The notes: generated from the sequence alone by a model not told the origin. A stretch of DNA of 64,000 nt from Gammaproteobacteria bacterium (GCA_023266115.1 JAHFRU010000003.1:65978-129977); one strand, 5' to 3'. Shown: positions 30,690 through 42,200, numbered from the stretch's first letter. Numbers and translations are program-made.

Positions 30690-31169
30690 CTAGTGAATGC
30701 TGACGACGGACTCTTCGAAGAAGAGATCCTCCATCCAGGCGATGGCGGCTTCCTGGCCGGGCTGGTTGAACAGCACCATCAGGACGATCCACTTGAGTTG
30801 GTCGAGACTGATCTCCAGCGATTCGAGGGCCATGACGCGATCGATAATAAGTTCACGGGTAGTGGTATCAACGATGCCGTTCTGTTCCAGGTACAACATG
30901 AAACCGCGGCATTCCAGATTGAGCTTGCGCATTTCGTGCAGCGTATAGATGCGGGTGGAGTGGGCCGCAGGTTCCGGTTTTTTCAGAATACCGTCGTGCA
31001 CGATCGACAGGCCTTCGAGCCAGTTGAAGGCCTTGGCGATCTCCGCGTGCGGGAAACCGGCCGCCGTCAACTCGACCTTGAGGGTCTCGCGGTCCGAGCC
31101 GATCTCGAGGTCGCCATCGATATAGTTCTGGAACAAATACATCAGTACATCTATGACGGTTTCTTTCAT
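30690..31169 (-). CDS. smg: Smg (DUF494)
   Basis: DVLMYLFQNY, LKWIVLMVLFNQPG; start ATG 31169. Confidence 0.9.
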   Translation of the reverse strand: MKETVIDVLMYLFQNYIDGDLEIGSDRETLKVELTAAGFPHAEIAKAFNWLEGLSIVHDGILKKPEPAAHSTRIYTLHEMRKLNLECRGFMLYLEQNGIVDTTTRELIIDRVMALESLEISLDQLKWIVLMVLFNQPGQEAAIAWMEDLFFEESVVSIH

Positions 31170-31170
31170 C

Positions 31171-32340
31171 TCACCTGCTCTTATGCACGCGACAATATCT
31201 GCCGCCTGCCGCGGATGATACCTGACCCAGCAATTCCAATGCCACCAGCGAGGCCGAAACGATTTCCGGCGCCATGCCGCTCTTTGCCACCAGTGTATCG
31301 ATGGATACGGCCTCAAAACCCAAGTGTTTCAACACTATATTTTCCGGACCAGAAAATTCCGGCGTGGGGTCAACCGCATCCGGCGGCTGCGGCAGACTCG
31401 CTGCCGCCACGCCCGCAAGCGGCCCCAGTTCCTCGAGGACATCGCCCGCATTTTCAACGAGTTTCGCGCCCTGGCGTATCAGCAGATGGCAGCCCTTGGC
31501 GAGCGGATTGTGGATTGAACCTGGAATCGCGAACACTTCGCGCCCCTGTTCGGCGGCCAGACGCGCTGTTACCAGCGAACCGCTGGATATGCCGGCTTCA
31601 ATGACCAGTGTGCCGAGGCTCAACCCGCTAATTAGACGGTTACGGCGCGGAAAGTTCTCCGGGCGTGGCGCCGTGCCGAGCCTGAATTCGGATACCAGCG
31701 CGCCGTTATTGGCAATCTGATGGGCCAAGTCCCGGTGACGAGCAGGGTAGACGCGGTCGAGACCGGTACCCATCACCGCGATCGTCATGCCGCCGCCGGC
31801 AAGCGCGCCGCGGTGACTGGCGGCATCCACCCCCAACGCGAGGCCGCTGCAGATGGCGAGACCGGCACCTGCCAGAAAGCGCGCGAAATCGTGCGCGGTG
31901 TCGGCGCCGCCCGGTGTCGGGTTGCGGCTGCCGACGATGGCGAGTTGCAGCGCGCTGAGTGCAGCGGGATTGCCGTGCAGATAAAGCAGCGGTGGCGGAT
32001 CGGCGATCTCGCGCAGCAGCGCCGGGTAGCGTGGATCATGAAACGTAATGACATGGTTGTCTGGTTGCCGGGCCCAGGCGAGTTCCGCGTCGACCGCCTG
32101 CCAGTCGGGGGCGGCCAGGTAGTCCAGTGTCTGGCGCCGCCAGCGGCCCTTGGGAAATGCACCGGCGCCGGACTCGAATGCTGCCTGAGGCCTGCCGAAT
32201 TGCTGCAGCAACTGATGGAATGCCGCCACGCCGACGCCGGGCGCGTGATGCAGCGCGAGCCAGTAGCGTAGATCGCCGGGGGCGGTTGGCGATATCTGGC
32301 GTTCGTTTCGGGCTGTCTGTTGACCGGTGGGGTCAGTCAA
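31171..32340 (-). CDS. dprA: DNA-processing protein DprA
   Basis: AIVGSR, SGLALGVD, FPRRNRLISG, GREVFAIPG. Confidence 0.94.
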   Translation of the reverse strand: MTDPTGQQTARNERQISPTAPGDLRYWLALHHAPGVGVAAFHQLLQQFGRPQAAFESGAGAFPKGRWRRQTLDYLAAPDWQAVDAELAWARQPDNHVITFHDPRYPALLREIADPPPLLYLHGNPAALSALQLAIVGSRNPTPGGADTAHDFARFLAGAGLAICSGLALGVDAASHRGALAGGGMTIAVMGTGLDRVYPARHRDLAHQIANNGALVSEFRLGTAPRPENFPRRNRLISGLSLGTLVIEAGISSGSLVTARLAAEQGREVFAIPGSIHNPLAKGCHLLIRQGAKLVENAGDVLEELGPLAGVAAASLPQPPDAVDPTPEFSGPENIVLKHLGFEAVSIDTLVAKSGMAPEIVSASLVALELLGQVSSAAGGRYCRVHKSR

Positions 32341-32382
32341 CCTGGGGTTCCTTGCGTGGCCAAGGCTGATCGATGGCTGCGT

Positions 32383-33417
32383 TCAGGGATTTTTAACCGC
32401 GTCGCTCAGCCGGATATCGTACGCGGCCTCCATCACCAACGCATAGCTGATACGCTCAAAGGTACGGAACACCATTAACTCACCGGCACGCCGTTCCGGC
32501 AACGTCACCTGTTTGCCGCCGGAAACCACGTCCCGGATAGTATCGCCCTTCTGGAAAATCGCCAGCACATGACCACTTTCGAGGCCATCGTTGGCACCGA
32601 GATCGATTACGACAACCTGATACCGTCCGACGCGAGACACGGCGTCACGTACCGCAATGATGTTGCCGTTGACAATGCGGCCCGGCGCGCGCGGCATGAA
32701 ATAGGCCTCGAACGGCTTGGTATCGACCGGAACCAGACGGTCGCCGATCAGTACCTCGCGCTTCGCATCCACGATCCGCAGGGTCGCCGGATCGCCGAAC
32801 GCCTCGACCACGGCATCACCCGCGTGGATCGCCTCATAGCCGAGTACTTCCTTTTTGCCCGGTTGACGCAACGCTTCGCCGATGTGCACGATGCTGTAAC
32901 GGCTGTCGGCCGCCTCATTGAGGCCGCGCACATAGATCTTGTTGGAGGTGCCGCTGATCAACCGGCTTTCTTCGCCGGCGACGACATACGGGGCCTTTTC
33001 ATATTCCTTTTTGGACAGCACCTGCGGCTGCTCAAGAAACGGCTTGATGAGTCCCGGCGTGATGGTTGGAATCGCCTGGGCGGTATCTTCCGTTCTGATC
33101 TGCGGTGACAGCTTGACCGTCGTCGCCTGGCCGCGCTCGACGGATAACACCGGTGTGCCGTCTTCACGGAAACTCAGCGCGATAACGTCACCGGGATAGA
33201 TCAGATGGGGATTGGCGATTTCGGGGTTGATATGCCAGATTTCCGGCCACAGCCATGGCTCGCGCAAAAAACGCCCCGCAATATCCCACAGCGTGTCGCC
33301 CGCGACGACGACATAACGATCCGGATGATCAGGATTGAGTTTCACCGTGTCGGCGAACGCAACACCGGTGAAGATTACGCCGAATAACAGGCTCAATAAT
33401 GTTCTTTTTGTTAACAT
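32383..33417 (-). CDS. LysM peptidoglycan-binding protein (TsaP-like)
   Basis: Signal peptide; YVVVAGDTLWDIA..NPHLIYPGD; conserved position between dprA and def. Confidence 0.88.
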   Translation of the reverse strand: MLTKRTLLSLLFGVIFTGVAFADTVKLNPDHPDRYVVVAGDTLWDIAGRFLREPWLWPEIWHINPEIANPHLIYPGDVIALSFREDGTPVLSVERGQATTVKLSPQIRTEDTAQAIPTITPGLIKPFLEQPQVLSKKEYEKAPYVVAGEESRLISGTSNKIYVRGLNEAADSRYSIVHIGEALRQPGKKEVLGYEAIHAGDAVVEAFGDPATLRIVDAKREVLIGDRLVPVDTKPFEAYFMPRAPGRIVNGNIIAVRDAVSRVGRYQVVVIDLGANDGLESGHVLAIFQKGDTIRDVVSGGKQVTLPERRAGELMVFRTFERISYALVMEAAYDIRLSDAVKNP

Positions 33418-33553
33418 GGCCGCTCCCCAAGGTCACGTGTGCGCGAGTTTAGCCAAATTGCCGTCCTGGCTCCATCCGTCTGGTGCAGGACGCCGGTAAT
33501 CATTAATATCATGCTATCAGTCCATGCGCTATATATTAGGTGAAACGGGTCAC

Positions 33554-34057
33554 ATGTCGATACTTCACGTCTTGCATTATCCGGATCCGCAGTTGCGGAT
33601 AATCGCCGAGCCTGTTCCGGAGGTCTCCCGGGACATCCGTACGCTGATCGACGACATGCTGGAGACGATGTATGACGCGCCTGGCGTCGGGCTTGCCGCC
33701 CCGCAGGTCGACGTCGCCAAACGGGTTATCGTGGTCGATATTACGGAAGATAAGAGCAAACCTTTAGCACTGGTCAATCCTGAAATCATGCGGCGCCAGG
33801 GCACAGTGCAGATGGAAGAGGGCTGTTTGTCAGTGCCGGGAATCTACGAACCGGTCGAGCGTGCCGAGTGGATCAAGGTGCGGGCGCTGGATCGCGGCGG
33901 CCATGTACTGGATATTGAGACCGACGGCGTGCTGGCGGTGTGTATTCAGCACGAAATCGATCATCTGGACGGCAAGTTGTTCGTCGACTATCTGTCGGAA
34001 CTCAAGCGCGCGCGGATACGCAAGAAGATGGAAAAACTGCGGCGTCAAACGATGTGA
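33554..34057 (+). CDS. def: Peptide deformylase
   Basis: [19 protein letters not shown]. Confidence 0.96.
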   Translation: MSILHVLHYPDPQLRIIAEPVPEVSRDIRTLIDDMLETMYDAPGVGLAAPQVDVAKRVIVVDITEDKSKPLALVNPEIMRRQGTVQMEEGCLSVPGIYEPVERAEWIKVRALDRGGHVLDIETDGVLAVCIQHEIDHLDGKLFVDYLSELKRARIRKKMEKLRRQTM

Positions 34058-34147
34058 GCGGTGCGGGCCGTATTTCCTCGTGGGTCGGCCCGACGGGCTG
34101 AGTGGAATGACAGCGGCGCGGACCGCGATGCAGTGGTATGAAACGCC

Positions 34148-35095
34148 ATGAAGGTGATTTTCGCCGGCACCCCGGAATTTGCCGCAACCGCTCTAAAGAG
34201 TCTGTTGTCTTCGTCGCATCACGTGTGTGCGGTGCTGACGCAGCCCGACCGGCCGGCCGGCCGGGGCCGCAAGCTGGCGCCGTCGCCGGTCAAGCAACTG
34301 GCGACTGTCGGGCGTATCCCGGTATTGCAACCGGACACGCTAAGGAGCCCGCAAATCCAGCAAACCTTGCGCGACCTGAACGCGGACATCATGGTGGTGG
34401 TCGCTTACGGGCTGATATTACCGGCGGCTGTGCTGGGCATGCCGCGCCACGGTTGCATCAACGTCCATGCCTCGTTGTTGCCGCGCTGGCGCGGTGCGGC
34501 GCCGATCCAGCACGCGATCCTGTCCGGCGATGCGATGACCGGCGTGACGATCATGCAGATGGATAAAGGTCTGGATACCGGCGACGTGCTGGTCGGCGCA
34601 GCCTGTCCGGTGCTGCCTGACGATACCGCGCAAACCCTGCATGACCGGTTGGCGCTGCTCGGTGGGAGTGTTTTGTTGCAGGCGCTGACGGACATCGAAA
34701 ACGGTCGCGCGAGGGCGATTCCTCAGCCTGCGGCAGGTGTTTGCCATGCCCCGAAAATCATCAAATCGGACGCGATGCTGGACTGGACCGCGACTGCCGT
34801 CCATCTTGAGCGCCGCGTGCGCGCGTATAACCCGTGGCCGGTCGCGTACACCCGCGCGGGCGACTTAATATTGCGGGTGTGGCAGGCGGTGGCGATAGAA
34901 TGCGATCTCGCCGCGCCGCCCGGTACCGTGACCGGGCTGACGCGGGAGGGCATCGATATCGCCACCGGCCACGGTATGCTGAGAATAGTGGAGCTACAGC
35001 TGCCCGGCGGCAAGCGTATGCCGGCCGCCGATTTCCTGAACGCGAACCGCGATCGCATCCGGCCTGGCATGCGTCTGGCGCCGTCGTCTCCATAG
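34148..35095 (+). CDS. fmt: Methionyl-tRNA formyltransferase
   Basis: FAGTPEFA, NVHASLLPRWRGAAPI. Confidence 0.96.
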   Translation: MKVIFAGTPEFAATALKSLLSSSHHVCAVLTQPDRPAGRGRKLAPSPVKQLATVGRIPVLQPDTLRSPQIQQTLRDLNADIMVVVAYGLILPAAVLGMPRHGCINVHASLLPRWRGAAPIQHAILSGDAMTGVTIMQMDKGLDTGDVLVGAACPVLPDDTAQTLHDRLALLGGSVLLQALTDIENGRARAIPQPAAGVCHAPKIIKSDAMLDWTATAVHLERRVRAYNPWPVAYTRAGDLILRVWQAVAIECDLAAPPGTVTGLTREGIDIATGHGMLRIVELQLPGGKRMPAADFLNANRDRIRPGMRLAPSSP

Positions 35096-35130
35096 CGGGA
35101 CGATGCAGTTCTTCCGGCGCATAGAAACCG

Positions 35131-36429
35131 ATGGATGCCCGCACCCTTGCCGCCACTGTACTGACCGATGTTATTGCCGCGCGCCGCAGTCTCGGCGCGA
35201 CACTGACCGCGCACCTGGAACTGGCGGGGTCGCCGCGCGATCGCGCCCTGGTACAGGAACTCTGTTACGGCGTGATGCGCTGGCACCTGCGGCTCGCCGC
35301 CGTGATCGGTCGTTTGCTGGACCGCCCGCTCAAACCGGGCAACGATGACATTCATTGCCTGCTGTTACTCGGTCTCTACCAGTTGATCTATATGCGTGTG
35401 CCGCCGCACGCGGCCATTTCGGCAACGGTGGATTCCTGCAAGGTTCTGAAGAAGTCCTGGGCGACCGGTCTGGTCAACGGGTCGCTGCGCGCGTTCCAGC
35501 GCACCGCGGCGGTGCTGCTCGCAGAGGTCGACCGCGATATAACCGCGCGCACCGCGCATCCGGCCTGGTTGCTCGATCGTCTGCAACAGGCCTGGCCGGA
35601 CCACTGGCAGGCGTTGCTCGACGCCAACAACCGGCACGCGCCGATGACGCTGCGCGTCAACCGTTGCCGGATCGGCCGCGACGATTATCTCGCACGTTTG
35701 CGGCAGGCCGGATACGAGGCGCGGGTCGCCATTCACGGCAGCACCGGTGTCATTCTTGAGAAACCCGTTGACGTTGTCCGGCTGCCCGGTTTTGCCGATG
35801 GCCTGGTCTCGGTGCAGGACGCCGCCGCGCAGCTCGCCGCGCCGCTGCTGGCGGCGCAGGCCGGCCAGCGCGTGCTGGACGCGTGCGCGGCGCCCGGCGG
35901 CAAGACCGCGCATCTGCTCGAGACGCAACCGGAGCTGACGGAGCTGGTGGCCGTTGACAACGACGCCGACCGCGCGAAGCGTATCGACGACAACCTGCGG
36001 CGGCTCGGTTTACGCGCCAGCATCGTTGTTGCCGATGCCGCGCAGCCTGATGGCTGGTGGGATGGCCGGCCGTTCGACCGGATACTGCTCGATGCGCCGT
36101 GTTCGGCGACCGGCGTGATCCGCCGCCATCCGGACATTAAATACCTGCGGCGGCCGGCGGATATCAACGCCGTCCGCGATGAACAGCAACGCCTGCTGGA
36201 CTCCCTGTGGCCCTTGCTGGGTTCCGGGGGTATGCTGTTGTACGCGACGTGCTCGGTGCTTCCCGAGGAAAACGTTGCCCAGACAGCATGGTTTCTGCGC
36301 ACTCACGGCGATGCCGTTGAGCGGCCGCTCGATGTTTCCTGGGGGCATGAATGTGACGCAGGGCGTCAGATCCTGCCGGGGGAAGACGATATGGACGGAT
36401 TCTATTATGCATGCCTGCAGAAGGCCTGA
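35131..36429 (+). CDS. rsmB: 16S rRNA m5C967 methyltransferase
   Basis: DACAAPGGKT, DAPCSATGVIRRHPD, YATCS. Confidence 0.95.
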   Translation: MDARTLAATVLTDVIAARRSLGATLTAHLELAGSPRDRALVQELCYGVMRWHLRLAAVIGRLLDRPLKPGNDDIHCLLLLGLYQLIYMRVPPHAAISATVDSCKVLKKSWATGLVNGSLRAFQRTAAVLLAEVDRDITARTAHPAWLLDRLQQAWPDHWQALLDANNRHAPMTLRVNRCRIGRDDYLARLRQAGYEARVAIHGSTGVILEKPVDVVRLPGFADGLVSVQDAAAQLAAPLLAAQAGQRVLDACAAPGGKTAHLLETQPELTELVAVDNDADRAKRIDDNLRRLGLRASIVVADAAQPDGWWDGRPFDRILLDAPCSATGVIRRHPDIKYLRRPADINAVRDEQQRLLDSLWPLLGSGGMLLYATCSVLPEENVAQTAWFLRTHGDAVERPLDVSWGHECDAGRQILPGEDDMDGFYYACLQKA

Positions 36430-36468
36430 TTAAGCGACTACCCGCATGGCGTCCGCGCCTGACACGAT

Positions 36469-37044
36469 ATGCAGCGACTGCGTCATAACCTTCGATGGAT
36501 GTTGCTACTCGGCGGCCTGCTGCCGCTGGCCGTCATGCCCGGTTTCGCCGGCGCGGCCGGTTTCAAGATCAAGCACGCCGAAACCACGCTGGTGGACTCG
36601 GTCTACTGGCTCGATACAACGATAGATTACGACCTGAGCGAGCAGGCGCTGGAGGCGCTGGATAACGGTGTGCCACTGACGTTTCTGCTGGAAATCGACG
36701 TCCTGCGTATCCGTGACTATGTCTGGGACGAAGATGTCGCCAGCCTGCAGCAGCGTTACCAGCTGCAATACCACGCGCTGACCGACCAATATCTGGTCAA
36801 GAACCTCAACAGCGGCGCCCAGCACGCGCTGCCGACGCTGGGTGTCGCCCTGTCGGTGCTGGGGGCCGTCCTCGATCTGCCGATACTCGATCGAAAGCTG
36901 CTGGTGCCGGGCGAGCGCTATATGGTGAGCATGGGCGTCTCGCTGGATATCGAGGCACTGCCGGTGCCGATGCGCGTCATCGCCTACTTCAGTGCTGACT
37001 GGCGTCTCGCCAGCGCAAGGTATACATGGCCGCTCCCATTTTAA
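36469..37044 (+). CDS. DUF4390 periplasmic protein
   Basis: Signal peptide, ALDNGVPLTF, YHALTDQY; rsmB-DUF4390-ntrY order. Confidence 0.82.
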   Translation: MQRLRHNLRWMLLLGGLLPLAVMPGFAGAAGFKIKHAETTLVDSVYWLDTTIDYDLSEQALEALDNGVPLTFLLEIDVLRIRDYVWDEDVASLQQRYQLQYHALTDQYLVKNLNSGAQHALPTLGVALSVLGAVLDLPILDRKLLVPGERYMVSMGVSLDIEALPVPMRVIAYFSADWRLASARYTWPLPF

Positions 37045-39290
37045 AGCGCTTCGGCAGCGAGGCCGCTCCGGTCATTGTGATCGTCGCGCTGCTGCTCGGG
37101 TCGCTATACCTGATGAGCGTCGCGACCGAGAACTCGGAGAAGTTCGGCCGCCTGTATTCGCTGTTGTTCATTTTCAATCTGGCGGGGCTGATCCTTCTCG
37201 TCTGGCTGATCGTCGTCAACATGCAGCGCCTGGTGCGCCAGTATCGTCTCAGGGCGATGGGTTCACGCCTGACGGTGCGCCTGGTGGTTATCTTCGTGCT
37301 GCTCGCGCTCGCGCCGGTAACGGTCGTGTATTACTTTTCGCTCCAGTTTCTGCATCGCGGCATCGACAGCTGGTTCGACGTGCGCGTTGAGCAGGGTCTG
37401 CATGATGCGCTCGAGTTGAGTCGCGCCGCGCTGGATACGCGTATCCGCGAATCGCTGCGGCAGACGCAACAGATGGCTGAATCACTTTCCGGTCTGCCGG
37501 AACGCCAGCTGGCGCCGCGGCTCAACGATTTGCGCGATCAGCGCGAGGCGAATGAGTTGACGTTGCTGACGCCGAGCGGCCATATCATCGCGTCCAGCAG
37601 TGTCGATGCCACCCGGATCGTGCCTGACCGGCCGAGCAGCGCGATACTGTCGCAGCTGAAGCAGGGCCATCCGTTTGCCGGACTGGATCCGGTCAGCGAT
37701 ACCGGCCTGGCGATCCGTGTCGTCGTGACCGCCGACCAATCCGACCCGCTCGCTGAACAGATCATCCTGCAGGCGCTGTACCCGGTGGCGCAGCGGCTGA
37801 ATATACTGGCCGAAAGTGCGCAGGCGGCGTTCGCCGACTACGAACGGCTGTCCTATATGCGCGGTCCGTTGAAGGTCAGTTTTACGGTGACCTTGTCGCT
37901 GGTGTTGTTGTTGAGCCTGCTCGCGGCGGTCTGGACCGCATTCTACGCGGCGCGGCGTCTGGTGGCGCCGATCCGTGTGCTGGCGGTCGGTACCCGCGCG
38001 GTAGCCGCCGGCGACTACGACCGGCGCCTGCCGCTCACCAGCAATGACGAACTCGGGTTTCTTGTCGAATCGTTCAACGACATGACGCGCAAGATCGCGA
38101 TCGCACGCGATGACGCGGAGCGCAGCCAGGCGCAGGCGGAGCGCCAGCGCGCCTACCTGGAGGCGGTGGTCGGACGACTGTCGTCGGGCGTGCTGACGCT
38201 CGGCGCGGACGGGACGTTGCGCACCGCCAATGCGGCGGCCAGCCTGATCCTCGGTGTCGACATGGAAGACTGCGTCGGCGGGCCGTTGCACGGCTTGCTC
38301 GACGCCAATCATTATCTCGGTCATTTCGTCGATTCGATCGAGAATCATCTGACAGGCCGGGCGCAGGAGTGGCGCGAGGAGATCACGTTTTTCGGTCCGG
38401 GCGGGCGCCAGGTGCTGATGACCCGCGGCGCGCCGCTGCCGAATGTCGGCGACATGACGGCCGGTCACGTGATCGTATTCGATGACGTCACGACGCTGGT
38501 GCAGGCGCAGCGCGATGCCGCCTGGGGCGAAGTGGCGCGGCGTCTCGCGCACGAGATCAAGAATCCGTTGACGCCTATCCAGCTGGCCGCCGAACGTCTG
38601 CGGCACAAGTATCTGGGTACGATGAGCCCGGCGGATGCCGACGTGCTGGACCGCGCCACGCATACCATTGTCCAGCAGGTCGAGGTGATGAAGGAAATGG
38701 TCAAGGCGTTCAGCGACTACGCCCGGGCGCCCCATCTGAAGCTGCAGTCGCTGAATCTGAACCGCGTTATCAATGAAGTGCTGGAGCTGTATCGCGGCGC
38801 CGAACCGCATATTACGATTGAGGCGCGCCTCGACGGGCAGCTGGCGGATATCCAGGCCGATCCGGGGCGCATCAATCAGTTACTCCACAATCTGGTCAAG
38901 AATGCGATCGAAGCGGTCGGCGAGGTCACCGACGGCAGGATCATCGTCACGACGCGGGCCATCGATGAGGATGGATTCCGCATCGCGGAACTGCGCGTTG
39001 AGGATAATGGCCCGGGATTTTCGAGCGGACTCGAGGGCAAGATGTTCGAACCGTACGTCACCACCAAGCCCAAGGGCAGCGGGCTCGGGCTCGCGATCGT
39101 GAAAAAGATCGTCGAGGAGCACGGCGGCGTGGTGCTTGCCGAGAGTATCGCCGCCGGCGGCGCGCGTATCACGGTGCAGCTGCCGCATGCCGCCACTGGT
39201 GTTGAGGGGGCCGATTCGGATTACAATGACGAATCACAGCCAGGTGATTGGACTCATGATGACCCGCGAAAGAAACAGTCGCATCGTTAG
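37026..39290 (+). CDS. ntrY: NtrY-like HAMP/PAS sensor histidine kinase
   Basis: AWGEVARRLAHEIKNPLTPIQL, DNGPG, GSGLGL. Confidence 0.85.
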   Translation: MAAPILKRFGSEAAPVIVIVALLLGSLYLMSVATENSEKFGRLYSLLFIFNLAGLILLVWLIVVNMQRLVRQYRLRAMGSRLTVRLVVIFVLLALAPVTVVYYFSLQFLHRGIDSWFDVRVEQGLHDALELSRAALDTRIRESLRQTQQMAESLSGLPERQLAPRLNDLRDQREANELTLLTPSGHIIASSSVDATRIVPDRPSSAILSQLKQGHPFAGLDPVSDTGLAIRVVVTADQSDPLAEQIILQALYPVAQRLNILAESAQAAFADYERLSYMRGPLKVSFTVTLSLVLLLSLLAAVWTAFYAARRLVAPIRVLAVGTRAVAAGDYDRRLPLTSNDELGFLVESFNDMTRKIAIARDDAERSQAQAERQRAYLEAVVGRLSSGVLTLGADGTLRTANAAASLILGVDMEDCVGGPLHGLLDANHYLGHFVDSIENHLTGRAQEWREEITFFGPGGRQVLMTRGAPLPNVGDMTAGHVIVFDDVTTLVQAQRDAAWGEVARRLAHEIKNPLTPIQLAAERLRHKYLGTMSPADADVLDRATHTIVQQVEVMKEMVKAFSDYARAPHLKLQSLNLNRVINEVLELYRGAEPHITIEARLDGQLADIQADPGRINQLLHNLVKNAIEAVGEVTDGRIIVTTRAIDEDGFRIAELRVEDNGPGFSSGLEGKMFEPYVTTKPKGSGLGLAIVKKIVEEHGGVVLAESIAAGGARITVQLPHAATGVEGADSDYNDESQPGDWTHDDPRKKQSHR

Positions 39291-39302
39291 GGAGTGATCG
39301 TT

Positions 39303-40670
39303 ATGAGTGCGCCTCATATTCTCGTCGTCGACGATGAACCCGATATCCGGCGCCTGATGCGCGAGATACTCGAGGACGAAGGGTATGTCGTCAGCATTGC
39401 CGAGAACGGCGAGACCGCGCGCGAGGCGCGCCGCACCCGCCGTCCCGATCTGGTGCTGCTCGATATCTGGATGCCGGACATCGACGGCATCAGTCTGCTG
39501 AAGGAGTGGGCGCCCGAAGGCAAGCCGGAGCCGCCGGTTATCATGATATCCGGTCATGGCACGGTCGAAACCGCGGTCGAGGCTACCCGCTACGGCGCCT
39601 ATGATTATCTTGAAAAGCCGCTGTCACTGGCGAAGCTGCTGATTACCGTCAAGCACGCGCTGGAGGCCGACAAGCTGCGGCGTGAAAACGTTGGTCTGCG
39701 CAAGACCACGCAGCCGCTGATTGAGCCGGTCGGCCGTAGTCTGGTCATGAAAGATCTGCGCGATCAGGTCGAGCGCATTGCGCAGACCGAGGCATGGGTG
39801 CTGGTCTCCGGCGAGGCGGGTTCCGGCAAGGAACTGTTCGCGCGCTATCTGCACAGCAGGAGTGCACGTGCCGATGGCCCGTTCGTCGATGTCGTCGTCG
39901 CATCGATCGCCAGGGAAAACGCCGCGATCGAACTGTTCGGCAACGAGGATGGCGCAAACGTCCGCTACGGGTTGCTGGAACAGGCCAACGGCGGCATCCT
40001 GTTTCTGAGCGAAGTCGGCGACATGGATGCGGCGCTACAGGCCAAGCTGCACGCCGCGCTGCAAAATCGCTCCTTCCTGCGCGTCGGCGGTCGTGAGGCG
40101 GTTGCCTTCGACGTGCGCATCGTTTCCGCCAGTCACCGCGACCTCGATCAGGGTATCCAGTCCGGCCGATTCCGCGAAGACCTGTTCTACCAGCTCAACG
40201 TTGTACCGGTAAAGATCCCGCCGTTGCGCCATCACGGCGAGGACGTGTCGGACCTGCTCAGCTACTACGTCGACTATTTCGTGATGCACGAGCGCCTGCC
40301 ATACCGCGAGTTCTCCGTCGCCGCGCAGAACCGGTTACGGAATTACGGCTGGCCGGGCAACGTGCGCGAACTGAAGAATCTGGTGCAGCGGTTGCTGATA
40401 CTCGGCAGCGGTGACGAGATCGGCGTCGATGAAGTGGATGTCGCGCTGGGCACCGCCACCCAGCACTCGCCGGGCGTGGCATCGGATTTCGATCTGCCGT
40501 TGCGCGACGCGCGCGAGCGTTTCGAGCGCGCCTATCTGGAACACCAGTTGCGTGCGACCGGCGGCAGTGTCGGTCAGGTGGCCAAGCTGGCCGGCATGGA
40601 GCGCACCCACCTCTATCGGAAAATGCGCGCGCTGGGCATCAACCCGAAGGGTGAATGGCAGGAAAAGTAA
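39303..40670 (+). CDS. ntrX: NtrX-like response regulator (REC-AAA-Fis HTH)
   Basis: LLDIWMPD, ISGHG, GEAGSGKE, WPGNVREL, MERTHLYRK. Confidence 0.85.
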   Translation: MSAPHILVVDDEPDIRRLMREILEDEGYVVSIAENGETAREARRTRRPDLVLLDIWMPDIDGISLLKEWAPEGKPEPPVIMISGHGTVETAVEATRYGAYDYLEKPLSLAKLLITVKHALEADKLRRENVGLRKTTQPLIEPVGRSLVMKDLRDQVERIAQTEAWVLVSGEAGSGKELFARYLHSRSARADGPFVDVVVASIARENAAIELFGNEDGANVRYGLLEQANGGILFLSEVGDMDAALQAKLHAALQNRSFLRVGGREAVAFDVRIVSASHRDLDQGIQSGRFREDLFYQLNVVPVKIPPLRHHGEDVSDLLSYYVDYFVMHERLPYREFSVAAQNRLRNYGWPGNVRELKNLVQRLLILGSGDEIGVDEVDVALGTATQHSPGVASDFDLPLRDARERFERAYLEHQLRATGGSVGQVAKLAGMERTHLYRKMRALGINPKGEWQEK

Positions 40671-40826
40671 CCCCGAAAAGACATATAATCGGCACCGCGC
40701 TGCAAACGTTGCGGCGCACGCAGGCGGGGAGAGGGTCGTATTATTGGTTTACTCAGTCGTACCAGGCATGGGTGGCTCCGTGGTACCCGGTGATCGCACG
40801 GTGTCGCCGGAGTCCCGGCCGCCGTT

Positions 40827-42200
40827 ATGAAAATCATTATTCTCGGCGCCGGCCAGGTGGGTGGTTCAATGGCGGGTCATCTCGCCAGTGAAGCCAACGA
40901 TATCACCGTGGTCGATCACGACGTCGACCGGCTGCGCGAGTTACAGGACCGGCTGGACCTGCGTGTCGTGCACGGCCAGGCCTCCCACCCCGAGGTGCTG
41001 AAGCGCGCCGGCGCCGAGGACGCCGACATGATTCTCGCTGTGACCAGCAGCGATGAAACCAACATGATCGCCTGCCAGGTCGCCTACACGCTGTTTCATA
41101 CCCCGACCAAAATCGCCCGGGTGCGCGGCAGCGAGTATCTTTCTTTTCCGCAGCTGTTTACGCAGGAGGCGCTGCCGATCGACGTGCTGATCAGTCCGGA
41201 GCAGGTCGTCACCGACTACATCACCAAGCTGATCCAGAATCCGGGTGCGCTGCAGGTGCTCGACTTTGCCGGCGGCAAGGCGCAGCTCGTGGCGGTGCGC
41301 GCCTATCACGGCGGGCCGCTGGTCGGCAACAAACTGCGCACTTTACGCGAGCACATGCCGCTCGTTGATACGCGCGTCGCCGCCATCTTCCGCCGTGGTG
41401 AGCCGATCTACCCGACCGGGGACACCGTCATTGAGGTGGACGACGAGGTGTTCTTTATCGCCGCCGCCGAGCATATCCGCGCCGTGATGAGCGAGTTGCG
41501 CCACCTTGATCGCCCGTACAAGCGCGTCATGATCGCCGGCGGCGGACGCATCGGCCTGCGTCTGGCGCGCCGGCTGGAAAACGACTATCAGGTGAAACTG
41601 ATCGACCGCAACCGCGAGCGGGCGCGCACCATCTGCCAGACACTGGACAAGGCCATCGTGCTGGCCGGCGACGCGGCGGATGGCGAGTTGCTGCGCGAGG
41701 AGAACATCGAGAACACCGATGTATTCTGCGCGGTAACCAACGATGACGAGGCGAACATCCTGTCATCGCTGCTGGCCAAGAAACTTGGCGCGCGCAAGGT
41801 GATCGCGCTGATCAACCGCGCCGCGTACGTCGATCTGGTCGAAAGCGGCTCCATCGATATCGCGGTGTCGCCGCAGCAGGCGACCATCGGCAGTCTGCTG
41901 GCGCACGTACGCCGCGGTGACGTCGCTGTGGTACATTCGCTGCGGCGCGGCGCCGCGGAGGCGATCGAGGCGATTGCGCACGGCGACCGCAATTCCTCCA
42001 AGGTCGTCGGGCGCACCGTCGAGGAGATCAAGCTGCCCAAAGGCACCAGCATCGGCGCTGTCGTGCGCAAGGACCAGGTCATCATCGCCCACCACGACAC
42101 GATGATCGAGGCCGAGGATCACGTGATCCTGTTTCTGACGGACAAGAAGCGCATCGTCGAGGTCGAACAGTTATTCCAGGTCGGCATCACGTTCGTCTGA
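40827..42200 (+). CDS. trkA: Trk potassium uptake protein TrkA
   Basis: [12 protein letters not shown], two RCK domains, [12 protein letters not shown]. Confidence 0.95.
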   Translation: MKIIILGAGQVGGSMAGHLASEANDITVVDHDVDRLRELQDRLDLRVVHGQASHPEVLKRAGAEDADMILAVTSSDETNMIACQVAYTLFHTPTKIARVRGSEYLSFPQLFTQEALPIDVLISPEQVVTDYITKLIQNPGALQVLDFAGGKAQLVAVRAYHGGPLVGNKLRTLREHMPLVDTRVAAIFRRGEPIYPTGDTVIEVDDEVFFIAAAEHIRAVMSELRHLDRPYKRVMIAGGGRIGLRLARRLENDYQVKLIDRNRERARTICQTLDKAIVLAGDAADGELLREENIENTDVFCAVTNDDEANILSSLLAKKLGARKVIALINRAAYVDLVESGSIDIAVSPQQATIGSLLAHVRRGDVAVVHSLRRGAAEAIEAIAHGDRNSSKVVGRTVEEIKLPKGTSIGAVVRKDQVIIAHHDTMIEAEDHVILFLTDKKRIVEVEQLFQVGITFV

